Below are positions 17,836 to 27,346 of a DNA stretch of 64,000 nt, in pieces. The first letter of the stretch is position 1, and each line of letters starts with the position of its first letter. Position numbers and translations under genes: made by a program. The notes under the pieces are model-generated. The model did not search any database. It saw only the letters and a list, made by a program, of their open reading frames with translations, and was not told the origin of the DNA. The stretch comes from an uncultured Bacteroidaceae bacterium (GTDB taxonomy: Bacteria > Bacteroidota > Bacteroidia > Bacteroidales > GCA-2748055): NCBI GenBank assembly GCA_964539395.1, contig CAZIIU010000014.1:8304-72303 (forward strand), read 5' to 3'.

Positions 17836-19086
17836 TTACTCGTTATTCGTGATATCATATACAAGCAGCACATCATGGTGTCTTAAAAAAAGCTTACCGT
17901 CGTAGATGGAGGGATGTGCCCATCGTGGCCCTCTGCCGGCATCCACCTTGAATGTCCCTTTAGGATAGAATCCTTCAGGGGATGGTTCAATGAGACCTAC
18001 ATTTCCGAATTTCTCCTCAAAAACGTACAACATGCCGTCGGCGTATATGATGGACCCTTTATTGTACCAATCCTCATCGTACATCACCTCTCCCGTGTCC
18101 CAATCGAGGCATATCCAGTGTCCCTTGCCGTTGCTGATCCAGTTGGCACCATAAAGATAGCCATCAACCAGCACCATCCCTCCATGGTGGTTGTCGAGCA
18201 CATCGCTGGTCCACTTCAGCTCAACCGACCGGCAATCGTCCGAAAGTGTCAGCATCAGGGCTACGTCATTATAACCGTTTGAAAAAAAGAATTCGCCTTT
18301 GCTGTAAACCGGAGTATTAGTGCTGATTCGTGTCTCGTCGCCTGCAAAACCTGTAACATGATCGAACTTCCAGAACATTTCACCGTTACCGGGACCGACA
18401 CCAACCAGGTGTTTAGGTGTGGAAGCGATGATCAGAGAAATACCATTGTGTTCAATTAAAAGTGGTGAAACAAATGATCTGACATCGCCAATAGGTTCGC
18501 TTTGCCATAATACCGAACCATCCTTTTTATCGAGTGCTACAAGGGTGGTTTTCTCCCCGACCGGTGATGAAATCACTGCATTTTCAGTAAGCAGAAGAGA
18601 TTCTGCAGTTCCCCAACTGTAAAACTTACCACCAAATTCATTATGCGTGTTGCGTGACCAAAGGATATCCCCTGTGCCGGCATCGATACAATTAACAGTA
18701 CCCATCGTCCCGGCGATATAGATCCTTCCATCCTCTATGGTCGGCGTATTACGTGTTTCCTGGAAAGCCGGCATCCATGGTTTCCCATAAACGGTTTCCC
18801 ATAACATTTCGCCATCCATTGTGAGGGCTGTAACCACTTCCAGGGTATCTCGCCGGCCGCTGACATATATGATATTGTTACTAAAAACCGGTGTGGAGTA
18901 GCCACCGCCCAGACCCTCTTTCTTCAGCAGCAGTTCCGGTCCGCCTTCCGGCCACTCTTTGAGCAGGCCCTCGCCCGGATATTTTCCGTCGCGGTTTGGT
19001 CCTCGCCATTGCGCCGTCTGCGCTGTAGCAGGGAAAGTCATCATTATCGCGAAGAGCAAAACTAAAAAACCATTTCTGTCAATCAT
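17836..19086 (-). CDS. Secreted PQQ-like beta-propeller protein
   Basis: Signal peptide, QWRGPNRDG, GYSTP, RNTPTI, CLDWDTG, WAHPSI. Confidence 0.87.
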   Translation of the reverse strand: MIDRNGFLVLLFAIMMTFPATAQTAQWRGPNRDGKYPGEGLLKEWPEGGPELLLKKEGLGGGYSTPVFSNNIIYVSGRRDTLEVVTALTMDGEMLWETVYGKPWMPAFQETRNTPTIEDGRIYIAGTMGTVNCIDAGTGDILWSRNTHNEFGGKFYSWGTAESLLLTENAVISSPVGEKTTLVALDKKDGSVLWQSEPIGDVRSFVSPLLIEHNGISLIIASTPKHLVGVGPGNGEMFWKFDHVTGFAGDETRISTNTPVYSKGEFFFSNGYNDVALMLTLSDDCRSVELKWTSDVLDNHHGGMVLVDGYLYGANWISNGKGHWICLDWDTGEVMYDEDWYNKGSIIYADGMLYVFEEKFGNVGLIEPSPEGFYPKGTFKVDAGRGPRWAHPSIYDGKLFLRHHDVLLVYDITNNE

Positions 19087-19179
19087 CAGATCATGTTTTA
19101 TAAATTATATACCAGCAATAATTTGCAATGATGTATGTAAAATGTCTTTTGAATATGCCAGGCCGGGCTTTGTACTGAA

Positions 19180-20379
19180 TTATTTCACTTTGTAGGCAAT
19201 AAGTGCCTTACCATGCCTGAGATACAGTATTCCGTTACGTATGACAGGGTGAGCCCAGTGCTGTTCAGACCCTATTTTTACCCTGGTGGTACTGACAAGA
19301 TCGAATTTCTGAGGTGTGGCATTCACCAGTGCAAGTTCTCCGCGGTCGGAATAACAGAACAATTTTCCGTCGGCTGCAATGGTCACCCCTTTACCGATCT
19401 CTGTGCTGGTATACATGTCCCTACCTGTTTTCCAGTCGATACAACGCCAATCCCGGTTATTGTCACCCGATCCGTAAATATATCCATCGATCAGCACAGC
19501 TCCTCCCATTCGGCTGTCGAGCGGATTATTCCAGGCCAGACTTACCTTGCTGCCATCTGCACTCAGGTTGAGTTTTCCCGATCCCAGTCCATATCCACTG
19601 AAAAAGAAGATGCCTCCATCATAATAGATCGGAGTGTTGGCATGGACCGAATACCTGTTTTGGTGCTTGTGTGCCCACAGCATTTTTCCGGTAGAAGGAT
19701 CGATACCGATCAGGTGTGATTCTGTATGAGTGGCAAGGATTTTTCTTCCATTGTGTTCGAAGAGGAGGGGTGTGCAATATGCTGACAGTTCTTCCCTTGC
19801 CGGACAGCTCCAGATTAATTTGCCTGAGTGCCGGTTTAATGCAATCACATTGTTTTTCCCTCCCGGCGTGCAGTAAATTACATCACCGTCGATTACGGGT
19901 GTCTCATTGTATCCCCAACGAATTATCTTGCCTCCGTATTCCTTTACCATATCGATCGACCAAACCATTTCGGCATTCGACTCTTTAAGGCACATCAGCT
20001 TTCCATAGCCACTTATAAGATAAATCAGATCACCGGCAATAACAGGCGATCCGCGCGGTCCTTGATAGCTATCGCTGAATTCCGGTCCATACTCCCTTTT
20101 ATACATCAACTTTCCATTCAGATCTAACTTGAACAGAAACCCGTTATCATCGCTCATGCCGGTGGTATAAATATACTTTCCGCTTGCAACAGGAGATGAG
20201 TGTCCAAGCCCGAGCTCCTCGAATGCCCATATGATCACGGGACCGGAATCGGGCCACTTATCGAGAAGATTCGTTTCAGGATAGACTCCGTCGGTTCCAT
20301 TTCTCCAAACGGTATGATCCTGGGCTTCAGCTAAATTTGCTACAAGCAATAAAGCAGCAACTAAAATATTAATTTTCAT
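19180..20379 (-). CDS. Secreted PQQ-like beta-propeller protein (paralogue of 17836-19086)
   Basis: Signal peptide, VWRNG, GHSSPV, PRGSPV, CIDWKTG, WAHPVI. Confidence 0.87.
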   Translation of the reverse strand: MKINILVAALLLVANLAEAQDHTVWRNGTDGVYPETNLLDKWPDSGPVIIWAFEELGLGHSSPVASGKYIYTTGMSDDNGFLFKLDLNGKLMYKREYGPEFSDSYQGPRGSPVIAGDLIYLISGYGKLMCLKESNAEMVWSIDMVKEYGGKIIRWGYNETPVIDGDVIYCTPGGKNNVIALNRHSGKLIWSCPAREELSAYCTPLLFEHNGRKILATHTESHLIGIDPSTGKMLWAHKHQNRYSVHANTPIYYDGGIFFFSGYGLGSGKLNLSADGSKVSLAWNNPLDSRMGGAVLIDGYIYGSGDNNRDWRCIDWKTGRDMYTSTEIGKGVTIAADGKLFCYSDRGELALVNATPQKFDLVSTTRVKIGSEQHWAHPVIRNGILYLRHGKALIAYKVK

Positions 20380-20451
20380 GATTTTACATTTAAAACAAAT
20401 CGTATAAAGTATCCTTTCCTATCCAGTTTATTACCCTCCTGGTGAAGTTTT

Positions 20452-20459
20452 CAAATATA
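20452..20459 (-). promoter_or_regulatory. Bacteroidota primary-sigma -7 element (TAnnTTTG) for the propeller/redox cluster
   Basis: TATATTTG on the minus strand 73 nt upstream of the start at 20379; -33 TTTG not evident. Confidence 0.5.
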
Positions 20460-20815
20460 TTACATAAGCGACATTTTCAGAGGTTTTTAACTATTTTTAG
20501 GAATAATTCAGAATCATTCTATTTTATGATTCTGACAAAGAAATATCGCGATATAGCAGATCTGGTGAACAGGCAGGATTTCACTTAATAAAACACAGGT
20601 ATCCTGACCATAACCGGGGATCGCTCCCGGCAGAAAAAGCGCGGGTTTTGACACTTTTCATAATGCACTTTCCGGAGCAGAAGGCCCTGGTAAATAACGC
20701 ATGAGCAGTTGCGCTTAAGAAATACGCTGAAAGATAACAGGTCACTGTTGAATAGCAGGTAGAAGACTTCCTTTACCGATATTTAATGAAAATAGAATGT
20801 TTGAAACCATAATTC

Positions 20816-20823
20816 TATATTTG
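20816..20823 (+). promoter_or_regulatory. Bacteroidota -7 promoter element
   Basis: TATATTTG followed by CACA, just upstream of a highly pairable region. Confidence 0.55.
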
Positions 20824-20830
20824 CACAATA

Positions 20831-21062
20831 GGTGAACCCCTCAGCATTGGGTATTGATCCCTGGCTTTGCCGAGCTAAAGGTTCTGCGGTGCAAAGTCAA
20901 AACGACATGAAACGAAATCGCCCTGGCGATGAACCCGGTTAAACCAATAAATGTTCGGCAGCGAATTTCATACCAATAAGGATTGTCTATAGAATGGTAA
21001 TAATAAGCGGTATTCGCAGACCCGCTGTGTTCGGTTCGCCGGACTATATGAAAAAGTATAGT
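20831..21062 (+). ncRNA. Candidate structured ncRNA or long 5' leader (family not recognised)
   Basis: 5' GGTGAACC can pair with 3' GGTTCGCC (21033-21040); several internal stems; begins about 7 nt after a -7 promoter element; no credible ORF. Confidence 0.35.
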
Positions 21063-21139
21063 GTGAGGCAACTGGGCGCTTGTAATTAGAACGATATTTA
21101 TAGTACTATATATCTATTAGTTAAATAGAGTATTTATAC

Positions 21140-22300
21140 ATGAAGGATCATAGCCGGAGTATGACATGGAAGGGCTGCTTCTGCAAATGCCCTGAATACC
21201 GCATGTTATTGGTCGGAATTATCATCTGCAGCATGTTGTTGCCAGCTGCTGCCGGTGAACCGGAAAAGAAAAAAGCCAATGTACATGCATTTCCATTCGG
21301 ATCAGTGGCCTACACACCTGAGCTTGGACCGACACTGATCGGTGTAATGATGCTTTCATTCAAAACCAATCCGGATGACACGCTCATTCAGAGATCCTCT
21401 ACTCCTGTGAACCTGGGGGCATCACTGCGCGGCTCTTATTTTATGAATACCATCGTCTCCACTTACTGGCTGAAGGATAAACTCCGTGTTTTCGGGGAAC
21501 TGCGTTTTCGGAATATGCCCGACCATTACTGGGGAGTGGGCTACGATAAAGCAGCTGCCAGAGTCGGCCGCGATGAGAGCACAGCTTACAGGCGTGATTT
21601 CTGGCAAGTGAGTCCGCAGGTCCTTTGGCAAGCTAAAACTCATTTTTTTCTGGGTGTCAGTATTGACTACAACCGCACCATCGCTATGGATGTCAATGAG
21701 CAAATGGCTTCCGATCCGGATTACCTTGAATTTGGGCCTAGGAACTTCAATACTGGAGCGGGACTGATCATCAGGTATGATAGTCGCGACATACCAGTCA
21801 ATCCCTGGTCTGGTTCACTGGTTGATTTTCAGATGATTCGTTATAATGAGCTCCTCGGGGGTGACAACAATTTTATGGTGAACCAGTTCGACATCCGGAA
21901 GTTTATTCAGGTCTGGCGCCCGGGAACTACCATGGCACTACGATTCACTGCAAAGCATACTTCCGGGAGCGTTCCCTATACCGACCTGGCTATGGTTGGA
22001 AGCCCGTACGATCTTCGTGGATACTTTCATGGCCAGTACCGCGACCGGACCATGGTTCTGGGGATTGCGGAGTACCGGCACCAGTTTATGAAGCGTGACG
22101 GATCGTACAGTAGGCATGGTGCTGTTGCATGGGTTGGCACAGGATCGCTGGGCCCATCGCCCGGCTCGCTCAGTAAATTGCTTCCCAACGGAGGTTTGGG
22201 ATACCGTTTTGAGGTAATCTCGAGAATGAACGTCCGGGCAGAGTTTGGTTTCGGCCGAAAATCCACCGGTTTCTATTTCAGCTTTAACGAGGCATTCTGA
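21140..22300 (+). CDS. Omp85 (BamA/TamA-like) beta-barrel protein without POTRA domains
   Basis: YTPELG, RYDSRD, LRGY..G.YRD, AEYR, GLGYRF, C-terminal FNEAF. Start may be a downstream Met. Confidence 0.82.
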   Translation: MKDHSRSMTWKGCFCKCPEYRMLLVGIIICSMLLPAAAGEPEKKKANVHAFPFGSVAYTPELGPTLIGVMMLSFKTNPDDTLIQRSSTPVNLGASLRGSYFMNTIVSTYWLKDKLRVFGELRFRNMPDHYWGVGYDKAAARVGRDESTAYRRDFWQVSPQVLWQAKTHFFLGVSIDYNRTIAMDVNEQMASDPDYLEFGPRNFNTGAGLIIRYDSRDIPVNPWSGSLVDFQMIRYNELLGGDNNFMVNQFDIRKFIQVWRPGTTMALRFTAKHTSGSVPYTDLAMVGSPYDLRGYFHGQYRDRTMVLGIAEYRHQFMKRDGSYSRHGAVAWVGTGSLGPSPGSLSKLLPNGGLGYRFEVISRMNVRAEFGFGRKSTGFYFSFNEAF

Positions 22301-22349
22301 CAAAAACCTGGCTGGTGTTTACGCTCATTAATAAGCTTCGATTTCAGCT

Positions 22350-23747
22350 TCACTTCAACATTTTAACGAGCAGATAAGCCAGTACGGCACCAAATATTCC
22401 AAACACAATCGGGTCGAGTCCCAGGGGAAGATCAATACCCCAAATGATGAATCCCAGCGATACCGCACCACCCGTAATCATTGACGCCAGGGCAGCTGCC
22501 GGATTTGGTTTTTTTGAAACCAGCGCAACCAGCACAGGAATGAACATTCCTGCTACCATGAAAGAGTAGGAATAAAGCATCAGCTCCAACACATTTTCCA
22601 TTTTCCATGCCAGCAAGAGCGCTGTAGCACCGATGGCAAAAGTAAGAAACATTGAGTATTTCAGGCTCTTCTTGGATCGGTGCTTTTTCAGCACGTCTGT
22701 AAGGATGTTTCCCGAAGAGGCCATCATACAGCTATCTGCGGTTGACATAATCGCTGAAAAGTAAGCAGAAATTACCAATCCGAGTAATCCCACCGGAAGA
22801 ACGGTTTTTAACAGCAGAGGCAGTCCCATTTCCGGGTCAATGTTTGCTATATTATAACCCGAGATAACACCCTGATCCAATGCTACACGGGCAAACATAC
22901 CCAGAATTGCACCCACAAAAGCCATCAGCGGATACTCAAACAGTCCGGCAATAAACCATGCCTTCTGTGCAGTTCTGGTGTCACGTGCGGCATAGATACG
23001 CTGGTAGAGCGTCATCCCTACAAACCAGATAGGGATAATTGTGAAGGCCCAGTTAACAAGCTGCTGCCAGGTGACGTTGTTTAACTTCAGAAATGCCGGT
23101 GGCAGTGTCTCCCTGATTGCCTCCATTCCCCCGATACTTGTATAGGCAAATGGTAACCCTATCAGTGTCAATCCTCCCATCAGAATAATCCACTGAATTG
23201 TATCGGTATAGATCACTGCTTTTATTCCCCCAAATACGGTGTATACCACGGTGATCACACCCATCACAAGCAGTGCCTGGTTAAGCGACATTCCCTCGAA
23301 CGTGGAGGAGGCCAGTTTTGCTCCCGCAAGTATCTGGGAACTTGTAAACCCCAGGTATCCGATGGCAGAGATAACTCCCGCGATCAAGGCCACCCTTTTG
23401 TCGAAAATATACCCGAGGAACTGGGGGAAAGAGAAGAATTTCCGCTCCCTGGCGACAGAAGAGACAAGAGGAATAAGGAACACACCGCTCAGCCAGGCTC
23501 CCACAAGACCTGTAAACAGAAGCCAGCTGCCGGAAACTCCCATAATAAATCCGAGTCCGCCAAGTCCGATTGAGAACCCGCCCCCGACATCCGTGGCAAC
23601 GACAGACAAACCAATGTGCAAACTGCTGAGACCTCGTCCCCCTACATAGTATTCATCAATATTTTTGTTCCGTCTGTAAAAGAAGAATCCTACAGCCAGG
23701 ATCACCGCAAGATAGACAGCAATGATGAGAAGATCTAAAATATGCAT
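22350..23747 (-). CDS. Sodium:solute symporter family protein (PutP/PanF-like)
   Basis: DEYYVGGR, YTVFGGIKAVIYTDTIQ, YQRIYAA, SAIMSTADS; about 13 TM. Confidence 0.9.
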   Translation of the reverse strand: MHILDLLIIAVYLAVILAVGFFFYRRNKNIDEYYVGGRGLSSLHIGLSVVATDVGGGFSIGLGGLGFIMGVSGSWLLFTGLVGAWLSGVFLIPLVSSVARERKFFSFPQFLGYIFDKRVALIAGVISAIGYLGFTSSQILAGAKLASSTFEGMSLNQALLVMGVITVVYTVFGGIKAVIYTDTIQWIILMGGLTLIGLPFAYTSIGGMEAIRETLPPAFLKLNNVTWQQLVNWAFTIIPIWFVGMTLYQRIYAARDTRTAQKAWFIAGLFEYPLMAFVGAILGMFARVALDQGVISGYNIANIDPEMGLPLLLKTVLPVGLLGLVISAYFSAIMSTADSCMMASSGNILTDVLKKHRSKKSLKYSMFLTFAIGATALLLAWKMENVLELMLYSYSFMVAGMFIPVLVALVSKKPNPAAALASMITGGAVSLGFIIWGIDLPLGLDPIVFGIFGAVLAYLLVKMLK

Positions 23748-23750
23748 CTG

Positions 23751-23963
23751 CTATTTTTCTTCCGGTATTATATACTTTGATCCCTCTTTATGCACCACCA
23801 GCTGCTTATCACGCAAAGAATCCAGCACACGCTGTCCGTGATGGGCCGATAGACCGAGCCTCATAATGATCTCGCCAAATTTCATCTGATGATTTCTGCT
23901 TAATAGATTCAACACTTTTCTTTCATATGGATCCAACTCCTTTTCTGCCCTCTGATAACTCAT
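23751..23963 (-). CDS. Small winged-helix DNA-binding domain protein
   Basis: LDPYERKVLNLL...MKFGEIIMRLGLS...RVLDSLRDKQLV pattern; 3 nt upstream of the SSS gene. Confidence 0.65.
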   Translation of the reverse strand: MSYQRAEKELDPYERKVLNLLSRNHQMKFGEIIMRLGLSAHHGQRVLDSLRDKQLVVHKEGSKYIIPEEK

Positions 23964-24187
23964 AATAAAATCTGAATTTAAATTCTACTGTAAGGATTAA
24001 TCTTTATGTCCACCCCTGTTCCTGCTTCACACATCATTTATCTGCTACCAATTCTCCAACCCTGTTTTCCGCGGTTGCAGAATACATTGGCCATCAGGTT
24101 CAATGATATCTCCTTAACCTGTGTTTCCCCCAGGTATAATGGCTACTCCCCGGCATATCCGCACCTCAATCACAAATTCATATCTTT

Positions 24188-25036
24188 CTATATCAGGTGT
24201 TTATATAGGACATTCATACTCTCTATGCTACCTCCAATATTCGTATTGTTGATCAGTGTACCTGAATAAATGTATCCACTATTCAGGAATGTTTTGTTCA
24301 TTGGAAAAGAGTTGAGCCTTGCAATGGTATAAAAGGTGATCATCCCCTCCTCATACATCGCCTTTTCCATGTCCTGCAGCAAAACCAATGATAACTTTTT
24401 TCCTCTTGCCTCCGGCAGTGTCGCAAAATCGGTCATTTCAACATTTTTGCTTTCGCGGTCCATCTCTGCTGAAGAGAGTGCTATCAATCGACCACGCTTT
24501 TCCACTCCAAAGTAACGTATGTTTTTGCGCATGGTTTCACGGATATAATCGGGATCACTTATTGGAAACGGATAGCTCTTAAAAACCTGTCCGTATAAAC
24601 CTGCAATATCTTCTGAGCGATTCTCCGGGAGGATTTTAACATGATAACGGTTACTGCCTGAATTGCCGGCTTTCACCTGCTTCTTAACCGCATAATCCGA
24701 AAGCAGCGAACTAAAAGTGATCATCTCTTCTGTTTCCATTCCAAGCAGCCTGTCGGAATTCAGGAATTTGGACATGAAGCAGACACTCTCCACTCCACCA
24801 AAGAAGCGGGGTATATAGGCTTCCATCACAAAACCATCTGCATTAAAAAGTGGTGCAGACCAGCCTGGCACCTTGCAAAATATCTTGGTATATTTCTTTT
24901 CCCTCGCTATTCTGTTAAGCTCCGGGATAATAGTACCTGAATCCTGTTTGTCCAGTTTTATCAGGTAAATCCTTTTATTCAGGTCACCGTGCTGAATGAT
25001 CGTATTTTTTCCGATTCTCTCAAACCTATCCGCCAT
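24188..25036 (-). CDS. ablB: Putative beta-lysine N6-acetyltransferase
   Basis: Start MADRFE at 25036 overlapping the ablA stop; [55 protein letters not shown]. Confidence 0.88.
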   Translation of the reverse strand: MADRFERIGKNTIIQHGDLNKRIYLIKLDKQDSGTIIPELNRIAREKKYTKIFCKVPGWSAPLFNADGFVMEAYIPRFFGGVESVCFMSKFLNSDRLLGMETEEMITFSSLLSDYAVKKQVKAGNSGSNRYHVKILPENRSEDIAGLYGQVFKSYPFPISDPDYIRETMRKNIRYFGVEKRGRLIALSSAEMDRESKNVEMTDFATLPEARGKKLSLVLLQDMEKAMYEEGMITFYTIARLNSFPMNKTFLNSGYIYSGTLINNTNIGGSIESMNVLYKHLI

Positions 25037-26342
25037 TATTCTCCCTCCTCTGCAATCTTTCATTGTTTTCCGGAACAAGGGAGATTGTGTCATTGCCATC
25101 AAGCAGCAATTTCTCAATTCCAATGGCATCTGACTCATCCCCTTCGCCAAGCTCCAGTTCCAGGTTACATTTCTCACAATCCCTGTCGCACATCTTTGGT
25201 TCATAACTGTCGGGCTCTTTGTAGGTTGTAATTACACCTTCATAGTTCCTGAGAACAACCCTGTTAGTTGACCATGAGATGATATAATTGGGCATTACGG
25301 GAATTTTTCCCCCACCTCCCGGAGCATCAATTACATAGGTCGGACGTGCAAACCCACTGGTATGGCCTACCAGACTCTCCATAATCTCAATGCCTTTACC
25401 TATGGGCGTTCGAAAATGCGACAAACCCTCTGCAAGATCACACTGATACAGATAGTAGGGTCTCACACGGTTCTGAACAAGTTTATGAAGCAACGCTTTC
25501 ATAATGCGCGGACAATCGTTCACATCTGCCAGCAGGACAGATTGGTTGCCCAGGGGAAATCCACCATCGGCCAGCCTGGCAAGTGCCTCTTTAGACGAAC
25601 TCGTAATCTCTTTGGGATGGTTGAAATGGGTATTGATCCAAAGTGGTTGATATTTTTTCAGGAGTGCGATCAGTTTATCTGTAATGCGGTAGGGAAGAAC
25701 TACCGGCATCCTTGTGCCTATGCGAATGATTTCCACATGTGGAATGCTGCTGATCTCATTCAGCAACCAGTCAAGTTTATTGTCGGAGAGCATAAAAGGA
25801 TCACCTCCGGAGAGCAGTACATCACGTACCTGGGAAGTTTGTCTGATGTATTCGATCCCTTTGCGAAGCTGATCCCTGGAAGGAACATAATCAATATCAC
25901 CTACTTTTCGCTTCCTTGTGCAGTGCCTGCAATACATCGAACATACATTACTAACATGAAATAGAACCCTGTCGGGATACCGGTGTGTTATCCCCTCAAC
26001 CGGACTGTCATGTTCCTCGGATAGTGGATCCTTTAGTTCCGAGCTAATGGTTGTCAACTCCTCCACACCACCAAAGGCCTGTTTAAAAACGGGATCGTTC
26101 CTGAAATTTCCCGGATCGATCAATGACAGGTAGTATGGTGTGATTGAAAGAGGAAACTGTTCAAAAGTTTGTTGAAGACCTCTCCGTTGCTCTCCATTGA
26201 ACCGGATACCTGTGAGCCTTTCGAACTGATCCAGTGATCTTATTGTGTGTTTCAACTGCCATTTCCAGTCACGCCAGTGTGAGATATTCCTGTTTTTCTC
26301 TATTTTATCTGCAATCGCCTTCTGCGCCTCATCAAAAATCAT
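25026..26342 (-). CDS. ablA: Lysine 2,3-aminomutase (radical SAM/PLP, KamA family)
   Basis: [28 protein letters not shown] (CxxxCxxC), [24 protein letters not shown]-terminal CDRDCEKC; adjacent ablB. Likely start 26342. Confidence 0.93.
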   Translation of the reverse strand: MIFDEAQKAIADKIEKNRNISHWRDWKWQLKHTIRSLDQFERLTGIRFNGEQRRGLQQTFEQFPLSITPYYLSLIDPGNFRNDPVFKQAFGGVEELTTISSELKDPLSEEHDSPVEGITHRYPDRVLFHVSNVCSMYCRHCTRKRKVGDIDYVPSRDQLRKGIEYIRQTSQVRDVLLSGGDPFMLSDNKLDWLLNEISSIPHVEIIRIGTRMPVVLPYRITDKLIALLKKYQPLWINTHFNHPKEITSSSKEALARLADGGFPLGNQSVLLADVNDCPRIMKALLHKLVQNRVRPYYLYQCDLAEGLSHFRTPIGKGIEIMESLVGHTSGFARPTYVIDAPGGGGKIPVMPNYIISWSTNRVVLRNYEGVITTYKEPDSYEPKMCDRDCEKCNLELELGEGDESDAIGIEKLLLDGNDTISLVPENNERLQRRENNGG

Positions 26343-26509
26343 CACTAATAATATTGTTTCTACACGAACAAATGTAGCAAAAAAGCTGGTAATGCCTGAA
26401 AATATATGCATGGAATTGGTCATACAACCTGATCTGAAATGTCAGTAAGATGGCATAAAACACTGATAAAAAGAGTACTACCACATGAAAACCTGAATGA
26501 TGCAATAGA

Positions 26510-26998
26510 TTATTCATGCTCTGATTCATATAATTCACTTTCTGTGGTAAGTACAGGGGAAGCCTCAACCTCCTGAAGATTGAGCATAGTAACAAGCAGA
26601 TCAAGTCCCTCTTCTATAACCTTCAGCTTATTCATCTCCAGAATTTGTAGCTTTTCATATAATTGTTCGTGTAAAAGCGATGGAATCTTTGAAAGACAGG
26701 TCTCCCCCTTTGAAGTAAGGGTAATATTCACTACCCTTTTGTCGCCCGATCTCGGAAGCCGGGCAATATATCCCTTTTTTTCCAGCCGCTGAATGATCCC
26801 ACTGGCGGTACTTGAATTCAGGTTCAGGAATTTTCTTATCTCTCCCTGGGTGGACTGAAAATCGGGGGAATTATTGAGATAGTTGAGACATAGTGCTTGT
26901 GGAATGCTTACACCATGCTCCTTCTGGATCTTTTTTGATTCGATGTTGATCGCTCTAACTATCTTTCTTACTTTGATCAATATTTCCGTGGTGTCCAT
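26510..26998 (-). CDS. MarR family transcriptional regulator (EctR-like context)
   Basis: GVSIPQALCL, LNSSTASGIIQRLEKKGYI.R...DKR....LT.KG; likely start MDTTE at 26998. Confidence 0.88.
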   Translation of the reverse strand: MDTTEILIKVRKIVRAINIESKKIQKEHGVSIPQALCLNYLNNSPDFQSTQGEIRKFLNLNSSTASGIIQRLEKKGYIARLPRSGDKRVVNITLTSKGETCLSKIPSLLHEQLYEKLQILEMNKLKVIEEGLDLLVTMLNLQEVEASPVLTTESELYESEHE

Positions 26999-27346
26999 GT
27001 TTTGAAAATTTTCCAAAGATACAGGATTTTCATAAAATGATTTGTACAGAACCCAATTCAGCATAGCTGTTGCATTCCCGCTTTATTTACTATCAGATCA
27101 GGAGATATTACATAAAAATTACAGTTAAATCTCCATCTCCTCAATTTCTGTTCCACCCGGTCGCAATATTTTGCTACTTATTCTAAATAACCGGGATATC
27201 TATCAATCTGTTTAACAACTTGTAAATAAATACTATTCTAAAAATGAAACAGATTACATTTCATTTCGAATATTTTCACATATATTTAAACCGTAGTGTA
27301 AAACCAATAACAACAGTGTAAAACCAAAAACAACCAATTTTAAACT

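Noticed and set aside
20841-21071. 76-aa minus-strand ORF
   Set aside because: No motif or coding-like composition; the region is better explained as a plus-strand structured RNA or leader.
25026-26342. EF-P beta-lysylation protein EpmB or lysine fermentation kamA
   Set aside because: Overlap with an ablB-type acetyltransferase and absence of efp/epmA or kamDE favour osmolyte synthesis.
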